From an uncultured Gemmatimonadaceae bacterium (GTDB lineage Bacteria > Gemmatimonadota > Gemmatimonadetes > Gemmatimonadales > Gemmatimonadaceae), in NCBI GenBank assembly GCA_963817955.1, contig CAWFQK010000002.1, positions 736,001 through 800,000 of the forward strand: a stretch of 64,000 nucleotides of DNA. Direction: 5' to 3'. Both the position numbers and the translations under genes were made by a program. Below the pieces are notes generated by a model. It did not search any database. It was not told the DNA's origin and saw only the letters and a list, made by a program, of their open reading frames with translations. Shown here piece by piece: positions 39,163 to 49,168 of this stretch. How positions within the stretch are numbered: the first letter of the stretch is position 1; every line of letters starts with the position of its first letter.

Positions 39163-40241
39163 CGACGCCACGCGTCCCCCAAGACTCGCCGCTCCTGAGT
39201 GTCCGCGAGCTCACCAAGCACTTCCCCATCAAGAAAGGGTTGTTCGGCAGGTCTGCCGGTGCCGTGCGCGCGGTAGATGGCGTGTCGTTCGACGTCATGC
39301 CGGGCGAAACGCTCGGTCTCGTTGGCGAATCGGGGTGCGGAAAGACCACGACGGGTCGCATGATCCTGCGACTCATCGAGCCGACGTCGGGCACCGTTGC
39401 GTTCGAGGGCGTTGATCTCGTGACACTCGATTCGCGCTCCATGCGCCAACTGCGTCGCAGGATCCAGGTGATCTTTCAGGATCCGTTCTCGTCGCTCAAT
39501 CCGCGCATGACCGTTGGCGCGATCGTGCGCGAAGGCCTCACCATCCACAAGATCGCCGAGGGTGCCGCCGCGGACGCGCGTGTGCGCCGGCTGCTCGACG
39601 AAGTAGGGCTTCGCGCCGAGTACATGTCGCGCTACCCGCACGAGTTTTCCGGAGGACAGCGGCAACGCATCGGTATTGCACGCGCATTGGCGGTGGAACC
39701 CAGTTTCATCGTCTGTGACGAACCCGTGTCGGCGCTCGACGTGTCCGTGCAGGCGCAGGTGATCAACCTCATGCAGGATCTGCAACGCGATCGCGGGCTA
39801 GCCTATCTGTTCATTGCACACGATCTCTCCGTCGTGGAGCACATCGCCGATCGCGTCGCCGTGATGTACCTGGGCAAGATCGTCGAACGCGCGTCGGCAA
39901 ACGATCTCTATCGGGAACCGCTCATGCCGTACACGCAGGCGCTCCTGTCTGCCGTGCCGGTGCCTGATCCAACGATCAAGAAGTCACGCGTCGCGTTACG
40001 CGGTGACGTGCCGTCGCCTGCCAATCCCCCGTCGGGGTGCGTGTTTCATCCCCGCTGCCAACATCCGGCCAAGGACGCGGCGTGCGCCAAGATCGTTCCG
40101 CCTCTCGAGGAAAAAGCCCCCGGTCACTGGGTCGCTTGTATCAAACAGCCGCCAACGAGTGTAGAGTGGGGCGCTCAGCAGGCTGCAGGAGCCACCAACC
40201 CGCCCACCCGGTACCTCCCAATTCTCGGACCATCGGCGTAG
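39159..40241 (+). CDS. peptide ABC transporter ATP-binding protein (OppF family)
   Basis: [16 protein letters not shown] and DEPVSALD motifs. Confidence 0.92.
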   Translation: MTTPRVPQDSPLLSVRELTKHFPIKKGLFGRSAGAVRAVDGVSFDVMPGETLGLVGESGCGKTTTGRMILRLIEPTSGTVAFEGVDLVTLDSRSMRQLRRRIQVIFQDPFSSLNPRMTVGAIVREGLTIHKIAEGAAADARVRRLLDEVGLRAEYMSRYPHEFSGGQRQRIGIARALAVEPSFIVCDEPVSALDVSVQAQVINLMQDLQRDRGLAYLFIAHDLSVVEHIADRVAVMYLGKIVERASANDLYREPLMPYTQALLSAVPVPDPTIKKSRVALRGDVPSPANPPSGCVFHPRCQHPAKDAACAKIVPPLEEKAPGHWVACIKQPPTSVEWGAQQAAGATNPPTRYLPILGPSA

Positions 40242-40296
40242 TTATCGTCAGTACGCCCACGCCGCCCATCTCCCCATCGCCCATCTCCCATCTTCC

Positions 40297-41862
40297 ATGT
40301 CGTCAATAATCGACATCGCCACTACTGCCACCGATCGCCCGCCGGTGCTCGACGATCGATCGCTGCTCGGACACCCGCGCGGACTTGGGCTGCTATTCGT
40401 GACCGAGATGTGGGAGCGGTTCTCCTACTACGGCATGCGAGCGCTCCTGGTGCTTTACCTCGTCAACGCGCTCAAGTGGGACACGGCCGCCGCGGCGAAC
40501 CTGTACGGCACGTACACAATGCTGGTGTATCTCACGCCGGTCATTGGGGGCTACCTCGCGGACCGATTCATCGGAACACGACGTTCGCTCGTCGCGGGCA
40601 GCATCGTGATCTCGCTGGGTCACTTCGCGCTTGCGTTCCCAGGGATGACGGCGTTCTACCTCGGGCTGGCGTTGATCATCATCGGCACAGGCTTCTTCAA
40701 GTCGAACGTGTCCACGATGGTCGGGCAGATCTATCGCGAGGGCGATGCGCGACGTGATTCAGGATTCACCATCTTCTACATGGGCATCAACCTCGGCGCC
40801 CTGCTCGGCCCGCTCGTCTGCGGCAGTCTGGCGCAGAATCCTCGCTTCGGATGGCATTATGGTTTTGCGGCAGCCGGCGTGGGCATGGTGTTCGGACTCC
40901 TCGTCTACCTCTGGGGACGCGACCGCTATCTCCCAGGCATTGGAGTAAAGGTCAGCCGGACTGTCGACACGACCCTGGAGTCTTCGGCGGCGGCTATCCT
41001 CGCCGACCAGGGCACCAACCCCGTGTTGAACGGCGGGATCGGTGCAGTCGTGGGAGCGGTGCTGGGCTACTTCCTGGGCAGCGGCAACCTGCTCGGTCTC
41101 ATGATGGGCACCGTCATTGGCGCCGCAATCGGTATCACCATTCTCGGCACGCACGGCGAGGAACGCCGCCGCGTCATCGCGCTGTTCATCGTCGTCTTCT
41201 TCGTGATCTTCTTCTGGGCCGCCTACGAACAGGCTGGAAGCTCCATGAACCTGTTCGCCGACAAGAACACGAACCTGCAGCTCGGAACCTTCCACGTTCC
41301 GTCGACTTGGTTTCAGTCGGTGAACCCCGCGGTCATCCTGATCTTTGCACCGGTGTTCGCTGGGATGTGGACGTCGTTGGGAGGAAAGAACCGCGAGCCC
41401 TCCACCGCGTTGAAGATGGTGCTCGGCCTCGCCCTGCTCGCCACTGGATTCATCTTCATGGTGCTCGGCGGTTCGCGCGCCGATCAGGGTGTGCTCGTCA
41501 GCCCCCTCTGGCTCGTGGCCGCATACACCTTCCACACCTGGGGCGAGCTCTGTCTCTCTCCGGTAGGGCTGTCTTACGTGACGAAGGTGGCACCCGTGAA
41601 GTTCGCCTCCCTTCTCATGGGCGTCTGGTTCCTCGCGAACGCCGCCGCCAACAAGATTGCCGGCTCGCTCGCCGCGTACACGCCCACGCCGGGCCAGGCA
41701 CCGAAAGCGCCAGCCGGCGGCATCGGCGGCTTCGTCCAATCGATCAGCGCAACGAACCACGGCTTCTACATGATCTTCGTGGTGGCGGGATTCAGCGCGG
41801 CGGCGGTGATGCTCCTGTTTGTGCCGCTGTTGAAGAAGCTGACGGCGAGCGTGAAGGCGTAG
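40297..41862 (+). CDS. POT/PTR proton-dependent oligopeptide transporter
   Basis: EMWERFSYYG, GGYLADRFIG, FYMGINLG and GELCLSPVGLS motifs. Confidence 0.93.
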   Translation: MSSIIDIATTATDRPPVLDDRSLLGHPRGLGLLFVTEMWERFSYYGMRALLVLYLVNALKWDTAAAANLYGTYTMLVYLTPVIGGYLADRFIGTRRSLVAGSIVISLGHFALAFPGMTAFYLGLALIIIGTGFFKSNVSTMVGQIYREGDARRDSGFTIFYMGINLGALLGPLVCGSLAQNPRFGWHYGFAAAGVGMVFGLLVYLWGRDRYLPGIGVKVSRTVDTTLESSAAAILADQGTNPVLNGGIGAVVGAVLGYFLGSGNLLGLMMGTVIGAAIGITILGTHGEERRRVIALFIVVFFVIFFWAAYEQAGSSMNLFADKNTNLQLGTFHVPSTWFQSVNPAVILIFAPVFAGMWTSLGGKNREPSTALKMVLGLALLATGFIFMVLGGSRADQGVLVSPLWLVAAYTFHTWGELCLSPVGLSYVTKVAPVKFASLLMGVWFLANAAANKIAGSLAAYTPTPGQAPKAPAGGIGGFVQSISATNHGFYMIFVVAGFSAAAVMLLFVPLLKKLTASVKA

Positions 41863-41877
41863 TGCGAGTGTCTGGTC

Positions 41878-43575
41878 CTATCGCGGCCACCGGAACACGC
41901 TCGATGGCACCGTCCGCTCTCGCGTCGCTTCGATGTCCGTTGGTTCCGGCAGAAAGTACGTCGTCTTGTCCGTATTGCCGAGCCGCACCTCGAAACGGTG
42001 CCCATTGGCCTCCGGGGTTGTGGCGATCGCAAAGTCCAGGCGCCACAGCCTCGCCGATGCCGACGGCACGGTTGCGAGCAGGCTGAAGCCAACAGACTCC
42101 CGCAGGGGCGTGGTGACACCGTAAGGAATGTCGCCCGCCCACAGCCGGCCAGCATCGGCGAACCCGCCGAGCCCGAAATCGCCAAAGTTGAAGGCTCGGC
42201 CCACGAACACGCGATGTTCCAGGCGTCCCACCAGACGCTGTCCGCCCGGCGTGTTCGACGATGCGTAACCCCGTACGCCGCCGACGGGGTCGCTCAGCGT
42301 GAGGTTGAATGGCATCCGCTGACGCCATCCGCCGCTGAACTCCAGCGAGAGCGTTGTCGTGTTCCGCGTCGAAGCCTTGAAGTATTCAAGCGCGTGTGCC
42401 GACGTGAGAATACCATCCCACAATCCGCTGTCGTTGCTTCGCCGGCCCTCCCCTTCCAGTTGAAATCGCAGTGCAGTCGTGCGTCCCACCGCGCCAACGT
42501 ACAGGTCCCCTGCCATGAAGATGTCGTCATCGCGCGAGCCGAGAACCGCCAGGCTACGGCCAAACATGGTGCCGAGCTGAAATCCGATCGGCAAATCCTG
42601 CGTCGCGGTGAGTGCATCGAATCCGACAACCTGCCTGAAGCCGAGGTCCCGAACACCCCACAGCGCATTCACGCGCGCAATCCGGTGCACGACGTATCGA
42701 TTGAGAAGCGCCGATTGCGTATCTGGAGCGAATCCGTTCCTCGTCACCAGCACCTGCTGCGTTCCTGGCTGCTCATCGTCGCCCGACACCGATGCGCCAA
42801 AGAGGCTCAACCTGCCCGGCGGTCCCAGTCGAACGATGCCGCCAAGGTCGAAATAGTTCCGGACCACGCGTAGCGCGTGGCTCGAGTTCACGTCGTTCAT
42901 GAACTGCACGTAATCGTCGCTGGCGCCCGCCTGCGCGCGCCAGGCGATGCGCTGGACATCGGTGTAGAACGGATGCGACGCATCCACCCGCCAATCGTTC
43001 CCCAGCGGCGTCTGGTGCCCCTCGGCGATGAAGATGTACGGCCGCCCGAGGAGCTGGCTGTCCATGTACCGCGCACCATAGCCATTACGGAACGCGCCAC
43101 CGGCCCGCCAGTCGGCCGCGAAATAGATCCCCTCGCCACCAATGTTCTCGTCACCGGCGCGTATGAACCGCACGGCAGGATTTCCCCCGCCAGCCGCGAC
43201 GCCGAGCACGAGCGCCACTTCGTCCGTGGTACGCACATCCAGCTCGACGCCCCCTGCCGAACCCCGAACCACACGCACTGACGCGTCGGCGATAAACGGC
43301 TGCGCGCGAAGGATGCGTTCGGACTCCGTGCGCCGCAGCTCGTCGCAGCGGTCGCCTGTGCGCAACAGCAGAAAGCGCCTGACGACTTCGGGATTGGTCG
43401 TCGTATGTACGGCGCCAACGATGCGCGCCAATGTCGGCACGTGCCGAAACGCTGCGACCGTCGGTGCCGACGTGCGGATCACGACGCCGTCAATGTGTTG
43501 ACCGGCGCATGCCACGAACGTCGTGTCCTGTGCGCCAGATATGTGCGCGACAGCCATCATCGGCACCGTCGCCAC
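41878..43575 (-). CDS. Omp85/BamA-TamA-like outer membrane protein (putative)
   Basis: POTRA-like VVRRFLLLRTGD...ESERILR, VRGY motif, FADAGRLW. Start uncertain. Confidence 0.6.
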   Translation of the reverse strand: MATVPMMAVAHISGAQDTTFVACAGQHIDGVVIRTSAPTVAAFRHVPTLARIVGAVHTTTNPEVVRRFLLLRTGDRCDELRRTESERILRAQPFIADASVRVVRGSAGGVELDVRTTDEVALVLGVAAGGGNPAVRFIRAGDENIGGEGIYFAADWRAGGAFRNGYGARYMDSQLLGRPYIFIAEGHQTPLGNDWRVDASHPFYTDVQRIAWRAQAGASDDYVQFMNDVNSSHALRVVRNYFDLGGIVRLGPPGRLSLFGASVSGDDEQPGTQQVLVTRNGFAPDTQSALLNRYVVHRIARVNALWGVRDLGFRQVVGFDALTATQDLPIGFQLGTMFGRSLAVLGSRDDDIFMAGDLYVGAVGRTTALRFQLEGEGRRSNDSGLWDGILTSAHALEYFKASTRNTTTLSLEFSGGWRQRMPFNLTLSDPVGGVRGYASSNTPGGQRLVGRLEHRVFVGRAFNFGDFGLGGFADAGRLWAGDIPYGVTTPLRESVGFSLLATVPSASARLWRLDFAIATTPEANGHRFEVRLGNTDKTTYFLPEPTDIEATRERTVPSSVFRWPR

Positions 43576-43595
43576 AACAAGAAGGCGACGGATGT

Positions 43596-44156
43596 CTACT
43601 TCCCCATTCGGCGTTTGAGCTCGTCCAAGCGCCGCGCGGCATCCGCCTCGCGGTCGGCGCGCATCCGCGCACGTCCGAGCGAGTCGATTTCATCGCGCAG
43701 TGCCGACGGTTCGGTATCGGGACCCTCGGCACCGCCGTCGAGCGCGGCCGACGCCGTGTGCGTGTCGCCGCCGGCAATCGCCGCCCTGAGCTCCGACGAC
43801 ATCGCATCGACGTCGCGTTCGCCCAGCGCGACCTCCGCCTCCTGTGCACTCACTTTCTGTCGCAGCACGTCGACGCGTTGGACGTGCATCTCCTCGTACT
43901 TCGCGGCAATGTCCACCGTTTCCTGATCGCCAATCCCCTCTGCGAGGTGCTTGCGCCGGCGCACCGTTTCGAGCTCATGCTCCTCGAGGGCAAGCCGCTG
44001 GCGTGCCTTCGCGAGCGCGTCGCGCAGATCGTCGAGACCCAATCGCGCCTGCACCAGCGTCTCCTTCATGCGCGACGCGACGGCGCGTCGCTCCTCGGGA
44101 CGTGTCGCGCGGCTCAGCAGTTCATCGAACGATCGTCGAAACCCGTCCAAGACCAT
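43596..44156 (-). CDS. coiled-coil hypothetical protein (PspA/IM30-like)
   Basis: Helical heptads and C-terminal RRLDELKRRMGK. ATG at 44156. Confidence 0.55.
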   Translation of the reverse strand: MVLDGFRRSFDELLSRATRPEERRAVASRMKETLVQARLGLDDLRDALAKARQRLALEEHELETVRRRKHLAEGIGDQETVDIAAKYEEMHVQRVDVLRQKVSAQEAEVALGERDVDAMSSELRAAIAGGDTHTASAALDGGAEGPDTEPSALRDEIDSLGRARMRADREADAARRLDELKRRMGK

Positions 44157-44230
44157 GGGCGTTGGCTCGTGTGTGCAGACCCGTGTACGATACAGATTGC
44201 ATCGGTAGCCACGCAACCACACACTGATCG

Positions 44231-44953
44231 ATGAGCTTCGCTCCATTCGTTGTCGTCACAGCAACCACCGAGGTCATTCGCGACGTTTCCCGAGTCCGAG
44301 TGAACGAGGCGTACACCAATGCGCTCGCCGCGTCGGGTCTCATTCCCCTGGTTCTGCCGCCCCTCGCGGTGGACGTGGCGATCGCCGCGCTCGACCAGTT
44401 CGCGGGCCTCGTGCTTACGGGAGGCGAAGACGTCGACCCCTCGCTATTTGGCCAGCCTGCCCACGCGGCCACCGGCGCGCCGCACGCCAGGCGCGACTCA
44501 TACGAGATCGCGCTCGCTCGTGCCGCGTTCGAGCGTCGCGTGCCGACCCTGGCAATCTGCCGCGGCGCGCAGGTCATTAACGTTGCACACGGCGGCACGT
44601 TGCTGCAGGACATTCCATCGCAACACCCTGGTGCGCTCGAGCACGATCCGCTCAAACGAGCCGAACGCGTTCACCGCGTACTCATCACCCCCAACTCACG
44701 ACTCGCCCGTATCACCGGAGCGACGTCTATCTCCACCAACTCCTCGCATCACCAGTCGATCGACACCCTCGGCGCAAACCTCTGCGTCACCGCGAGAAGC
44801 GACGACGGGATCGTTGAGGCCGTAGAATCGGTCGACCACGCTTGGTGGATGGTGGCGGTGCAATGGCATCCGGAAGAGCTGACGACCACGGCAGAGGATT
44901 GGGACCGTCGAATATTCACCGCGTTCGCAGACGCCGTGCGCGGGCGCGATTGA
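44231..44953 (+). CDS. peptidase C26 / PuuD-like glutamine amidotransferase
   Basis: GLVLTGGEDV, AICRGAQ, NSSHHQ and VQWHPE motifs. Confidence 0.9.
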   Translation: MSFAPFVVVTATTEVIRDVSRVRVNEAYTNALAASGLIPLVLPPLAVDVAIAALDQFAGLVLTGGEDVDPSLFGQPAHAATGAPHARRDSYEIALARAAFERRVPTLAICRGAQVINVAHGGTLLQDIPSQHPGALEHDPLKRAERVHRVLITPNSRLARITGATSISTNSSHHQSIDTLGANLCVTARSDDGIVEAVESVDHAWWMVAVQWHPEELTTTAEDWDRRIFTAFADAVRGRD

Positions 44954-44969
44954 GCGTGGCCTAGTCAGC

Positions 44970-45698
44970 TCACGTGGACCGCCACCGTGTGTCGTCCCGC
45001 ACTTGCCGCATGAGTCGCTCGGGCGTGTGCACGTTCGGAAAGAACAGCGCGTCGCTCACCCCATTGAGGGCAGTCCGGAGCAACCCGAAGCGCTCCGCGG
45101 CGCTGGCGTACAGCACCGATAAGCCGTGCTCTTCGGCCAGACGGTGGTCGGCGGCGAGCTGAAAACCACGCCGTCCCATGTCCTCGTAGTACTCCATGTC
45201 CGGGCCGCCGCGGCGCCACCGCCGCTGCTCGATGTAATCCGGAAAGATGCCGCTCAGCCAGAGCGCGTAATTTCCAAGATGGGCCCGTACGAGGAAACTC
45301 CGCCGCGGGTCGCGATCGTCCAGGTCGTCGCAGAGGGCCACGATCGCATCGTATACCTCGTCGTCAAATTCATCGATCCGTCGAGCGCGATCGCGAACCC
45401 CAAAGTTGACGACAATGGCTGTCACATAATCGGCGAGCGCGCGATCGTTCTCCCCGGCCTTCCGCAACGCATTGCGGATCATCACATACGCAAACAGGCT
45501 GAGTGATGCTTGCGCGGCCCGTGGGTGGCGCAGAAGGGCGGCGGGTAATCGCGGATCGTCCAGAACGGCATCGATGCCCTGGTTGGCAAGCTTCGCCTCC
45601 AGTTCCGCGAGGTCGACCGCGGAATCGAGGGCCAGGAGTCGAGCAGCGAGTTGCGCATCGTCTCTGGTCAAGCGATGACGAGTGTCGGCGAGAATCAT
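44970..45698 (-). CDS. conserved hypothetical protein
   Basis: 242-aa ORF with protein-like composition (HLGNYALWLSGIFPDYI, YYEDMGRRGF); GGAGAG RBS. Confidence 0.7.
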   Translation of the reverse strand: MILADTRHRLTRDDAQLAARLLALDSAVDLAELEAKLANQGIDAVLDDPRLPAALLRHPRAAQASLSLFAYVMIRNALRKAGENDRALADYVTAIVVNFGVRDRARRIDEFDDEVYDAIVALCDDLDDRDPRRSFLVRAHLGNYALWLSGIFPDYIEQRRWRRGGPDMEYYEDMGRRGFQLAADHRLAEEHGLSVLYASAAERFGLLRTALNGVSDALFFPNVHTPERLMRQVRDDTRWRST

Positions 45699-45811
45699 CT
45701 CTCCTCCATTTCACCGAGTCATAGCGGATCGCTGCCGCGGCCGGCGCGAGCCGTTGCCGCTCGCAAAAGCAGCAATCGTTCCGCCCGGCGGCAGCGTTTA
45801 CCATTCCCTAT

Positions 45812-45979
45812 TCGGGAGACGAACTCGGCAACACAGTGCCACAAAACCGGCAGCACTCTGGCAGTGTGATTGCCAGCCGCAACGCGCCACCCAGGGACTT
45901 GGAAGGATCCACACCGACCGACGAGATAGGCCGAGTGTAGCAGGACGGGTGGCTCACCGGTCGCCCCGTCCCTAACTTT
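45812..45979 (+). ncRNA. candidate structured RNA or leader (unclassified)
   Basis: TACCAT -10-like hexamer at 45799, several stems, and a GC hairpin at 45943-45971. No family recognised. Confidence 0.3.
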
Positions 45980-46021
45980 GGACACAGCGGCCGCGGTCGC
46001 TGCCCCTTCGAAGGATCCTCG

Positions 46022-46759
46022 GTGCTGTACATCTGCATTCCCGCATACAACGAAGCTCAAACGATCGGCGTGTTACTCTGGCGCATCCGCAAGGTGTTCC
46101 AGGAGTACTCGCGCGAGTATGAGATACTCGTCTACAACGACGGTAGCACCGACGCGACGGTGGAGACCCTCCAGCCGTATGGCGACGTGCTCCCGCTCGC
46201 CGTGCTCGGTGGCCCGGAACACGTCGGCTACGATCGGGCGCTCGATGCCTTGTGCCGCGCCGTGTCGGCGCGTACCAAGTATCCGCGCCGCGATGCCATG
46301 ATCACCCTGCAGGCCGACTTCACAGACCAGCCCGAGCATCTCCCGGAGCTCATCAAGCGCTTTGAAGGCGGCGCCGATCTCGTCGTCGGCGAACGCACTG
46401 TTTCCGCCACCACACCGGCGCCGGTCCGGCGCCTCCGATGGATTGCCTCATTGGCGGCACGGACGGGGGGCAATGTGCCCGGCGTGAGCGACCCGTTCGG
46501 GGCCATGCGACTCTATCGCATCACGCTCATCCGCGATCTCCTCAAGGAATCGGGTGACGCGCCGATCGTGCAGGGGCAGCCGTGGGCGGCGAACCTTGCG
46601 TTACTGCGCCGCGCCGCGCCCCTCGCCCGCCGCCTGGAGACCGTCGCGCTCGATCAGCGGTACGACGTTCGCGAGCGCGAGACGCGGATCCGCCCATGGT
46701 CTGACGGCCTTGCGCTGTTCCGCGTTCGCCGGGTGGCGGCGCGCAAGGCGACGTTGTGA
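46022..46759 (+). CDS. glycosyltransferase family 2
   Basis: ICIPAYNEA, YNDGSTDAT and QADFTDQP motifs. Confidence 0.85.
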   Translation: MLYICIPAYNEAQTIGVLLWRIRKVFQEYSREYEILVYNDGSTDATVETLQPYGDVLPLAVLGGPEHVGYDRALDALCRAVSARTKYPRRDAMITLQADFTDQPEHLPELIKRFEGGADLVVGERTVSATTPAPVRRLRWIASLAARTGGNVPGVSDPFGAMRLYRITLIRDLLKESGDAPIVQGQPWAANLALLRRAAPLARRLETVALDQRYDVRERETRIRPWSDGLALFRVRRVAARKATL

Positions 46760-47541
46760 ACCAGTGGGTGCGGCGCGCGGCCCTCACGGCGCTGCTGGTC
46801 ACGCCCCCCCTGAGCGCGCAGGAGCCGTCACCGTCCGGTGCGGCACGGGTGCCGTTCGGCGTCGGCGAGCGCCTCGAGTACGACATTCGCTTCGGCAGCA
46901 TCCATGTCGGATCGGGCAACATGGAAGTGCTGCCCATGGACACCGTGCGCGGTCGTGATACCTGGCACACCATCTTTCGTCTGAGCGGCGGCATCCCGTT
47001 CTACCATGTCAACGATCGCTACGAAAGCTGGATCGACACGCACACGCTTGCATCGCTGCGCTACTGGCAGGACATCGACGAAGGCACGTACGAGCCCAAA
47101 CGCCACTACGAGATCTATCCCGAGCGGCGAGAGTACATCGAAAGCGACAAGGCACCGCAGCCCAGTGTCGATCGACCGCTGGACGATGGCTCATTCGTGT
47201 ATTTCCTGCGCACCATCCCGCTGCGCATCGGTCTCGACACGACGTTCAACAACTATTTCAGGTTGGACCGCAACCCAGTGCGGATTCGCGTCATTCGTCG
47301 TGAAACCGTAACGGTGCCGGCTGGCACTTTCATGGCCCTCGTCGTACAACCAGTGATCAACGCCAAGGGCATCTTCAGTGAAGGCGGCGACGCACAGGTC
47401 TGGCTTTCCGACGATGCCAACCGCATCATGCTGCAGATGAAGTCGAACGTGAAGTTTGGGTCCCTCAACCTATACCTCAAATCGTACCACCCCGCCCCCA
47501 CAGCCCCAGCAGCGGTCCCACGCAAGCCGCCGACCCGCTGA
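46756..47541 (+). CDS. DUF3108-like secreted protein
   Basis: Signal peptide; PFGVGERLEY, ETVTVPAGTF and VWLSDD motifs. Confidence 0.7.
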   Translation: MNQWVRRAALTALLVTPPLSAQEPSPSGAARVPFGVGERLEYDIRFGSIHVGSGNMEVLPMDTVRGRDTWHTIFRLSGGIPFYHVNDRYESWIDTHTLASLRYWQDIDEGTYEPKRHYEIYPERREYIESDKAPQPSVDRPLDDGSFVYFLRTIPLRIGLDTTFNNYFRLDRNPVRIRVIRRETVTVPAGTFMALVVQPVINAKGIFSEGGDAQVWLSDDANRIMLQMKSNVKFGSLNLYLKSYHPAPTAPAAVPRKPPTR

Positions 47542-47582
47542 CTCCGCGAGAGGCGGATCTCTCCGCCATTCGAACCGTTCCG

Positions 47583-48500
47583 GTGGCGCGGCGTCCCAAC
47601 AAGGTGAGCGCCGTCGAATTCGCGCACCCGCCGCGTGACGATCGCTCGTTCGCCGCATTCATCGACTCGTTGCCCCACGTGCTGGTCGCGCGCGACTTTC
47701 GCGCCGTCGTGGACGCCATCGTTGCGGCCACTCGCGCCCATCGAGGCGTCATCGTCATGCTCGGCGGGCATGTCGTAAAAACCGGGCTCGCCCCGCTCCT
47801 CATCGATCTCATGCGCCGCGGCATCGTGACGCACCTCGCGATGAACGGCTCCGCGGCAATCCACGACTACGAGATCGCCCGGTTCGGCGCCACATCGGAA
47901 GACGTCGCTGCAGGGCTGCGCGACGGAACCTTCGGTATGGCCGACGAAACCGGGCGCGAAATGAACACCGCGTTCGTCCAAGGGATGGGAGAAGGCTACG
48001 GCATGGGCGAAGCCCTGGGTCGCGCGCTCCACGCGCGCTCCGACCTGGCGAACCCCGAGCTCTCGCTCTTGCTCAATGCCAACCAGTTGGGCGTCACGAC
48101 CACCGTTCACGCCGCCATTGGCGCCGAGATCATCCATCAGCATCCCGCGGCCAATGGCGCAGCGATTGGCGACACCAGCCATCGCGATTTCCGTCGCATG
48201 GCCGCGGCGCTCGTCGACATCGACGATGGCGGCGTGGTCCTCAACCTCGGCAGCGCCGTCATCATGCCCGAGGTATTTCTCAAGGCGCTCACCATCGCCC
48301 GAAATCTGAACGCCGGAAAACCGCAGAATTTCGTGACCGTAGATCTGGACATGCAACGGCATTACCGGCCGCGCATGAACGTCGTGCAACGCCCAACGCT
48401 CCACAGCGGCAGAGGCTACGAGATCACGGGTCACCACGAGATCATGGTGCCGCTACTGGCTTGGGCTGTGGTGGATCAGCTGATGCACGACACGAAATGA
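47583..48500 (+). CDS. deoxyhypusine-synthase-like hypothetical protein
   Basis: GGHVVKTG, HLAMNG, GSAVIMPEVFLKAL and GHHEIMVP motifs. Confidence 0.6.
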   Translation: MARRPNKVSAVEFAHPPRDDRSFAAFIDSLPHVLVARDFRAVVDAIVAATRAHRGVIVMLGGHVVKTGLAPLLIDLMRRGIVTHLAMNGSAAIHDYEIARFGATSEDVAAGLRDGTFGMADETGREMNTAFVQGMGEGYGMGEALGRALHARSDLANPELSLLLNANQLGVTTTVHAAIGAEIIHQHPAANGAAIGDTSHRDFRRMAAALVDIDDGGVVLNLGSAVIMPEVFLKALTIARNLNAGKPQNFVTVDLDMQRHYRPRMNVVQRPTLHSGRGYEITGHHEIMVPLLAWAVVDQLMHDTK

Positions 48501-48536
48501 AGACGGCGGACGCAAAGCGTCCGCCGTCTTCATTTC
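48494..48536. terminator. bidirectional terminator hairpin
   Basis: 20-bp perfect stem GAAATGAAGACGGCGGACGC / GCGTCCGCCGTCTTCATTTC between convergent genes. Confidence 0.8.
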
Positions 48537-48572
48537 TCGAGCGGCCAGGAACCAGTGCCTAGCGTCCAGCTC

Positions 48573-48797
48573 TCACATCGCCGAGCCCGACCACCGCTCG
48601 CGCAAACGCCGCGCGGTTTCCGGACTGACGATTCGAATGATGAAATAGAGTACGAGTACGGCGATCGCGACCTTGATGGCGATGAACAACAGCCCCATGA
48701 ACAGGGCGATCGCGAAGCTGAAAATTCCAAAGATGAACTTGAGCGCGATGAGACCGAGCACAGCGAACAGCCCGATCGTAAAGATTGTGCGGAGCAT
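48573..48797 (-). CDS. small membrane protein
   Basis: 74 aa, strongly hydrophobic; GGAGA RBS. Confidence 0.75.
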   Translation of the reverse strand: MLRTIFTIGLFAVLGLIALKFIFGIFSFAIALFMGLLFIAIKVAIAVLVLYFIIRIVSPETARRLRERWSGSAM

Positions 48798-48927
48798 GCT
48801 GAGGTCTCCCGTATGTCGAAGGTCCTACTTAATCGGTCCTACGGCGTGCCGCGCGCGGAGGTTTCAGCGGCTGCCATCCGGTCGAACGATACATGACGAA
48901 CCCGGCTTTGAGGCGTCCCGCATCTCC

Positions 48928-49017
48928 GCAGCAGTAATCGGCGACGGTCTGATCGGTCTGTCAACCGCTCGCCCCGAAAGCTGCATTCCCATGGAATTAG
49001 CGCGAGATCGCGGCTAA
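48928..49017 (+). pseudogene. possible N-terminal remnant of an FAD-dependent oxidoreductase
   Basis: AAVIGDGLIGLSTA...MELARDRG then stop; resembles the GxGxxG start of DAO/ThiO-family enzymes. Confidence 0.35.
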
Positions 49018-49168
49018 CTGTCTACCGCTGATGCAGCGGGTTAAGCGGTGCTACCCCTACTTGGCCATGGGGATAGATTATGCGTTCTCAATGGGCTCCG
49101 CCTCGTCACCGCTCGGTTCGCCGACGCGCACGTGCGTTCGCACGCCAACTTTTTCGCCTCCAGGACAC

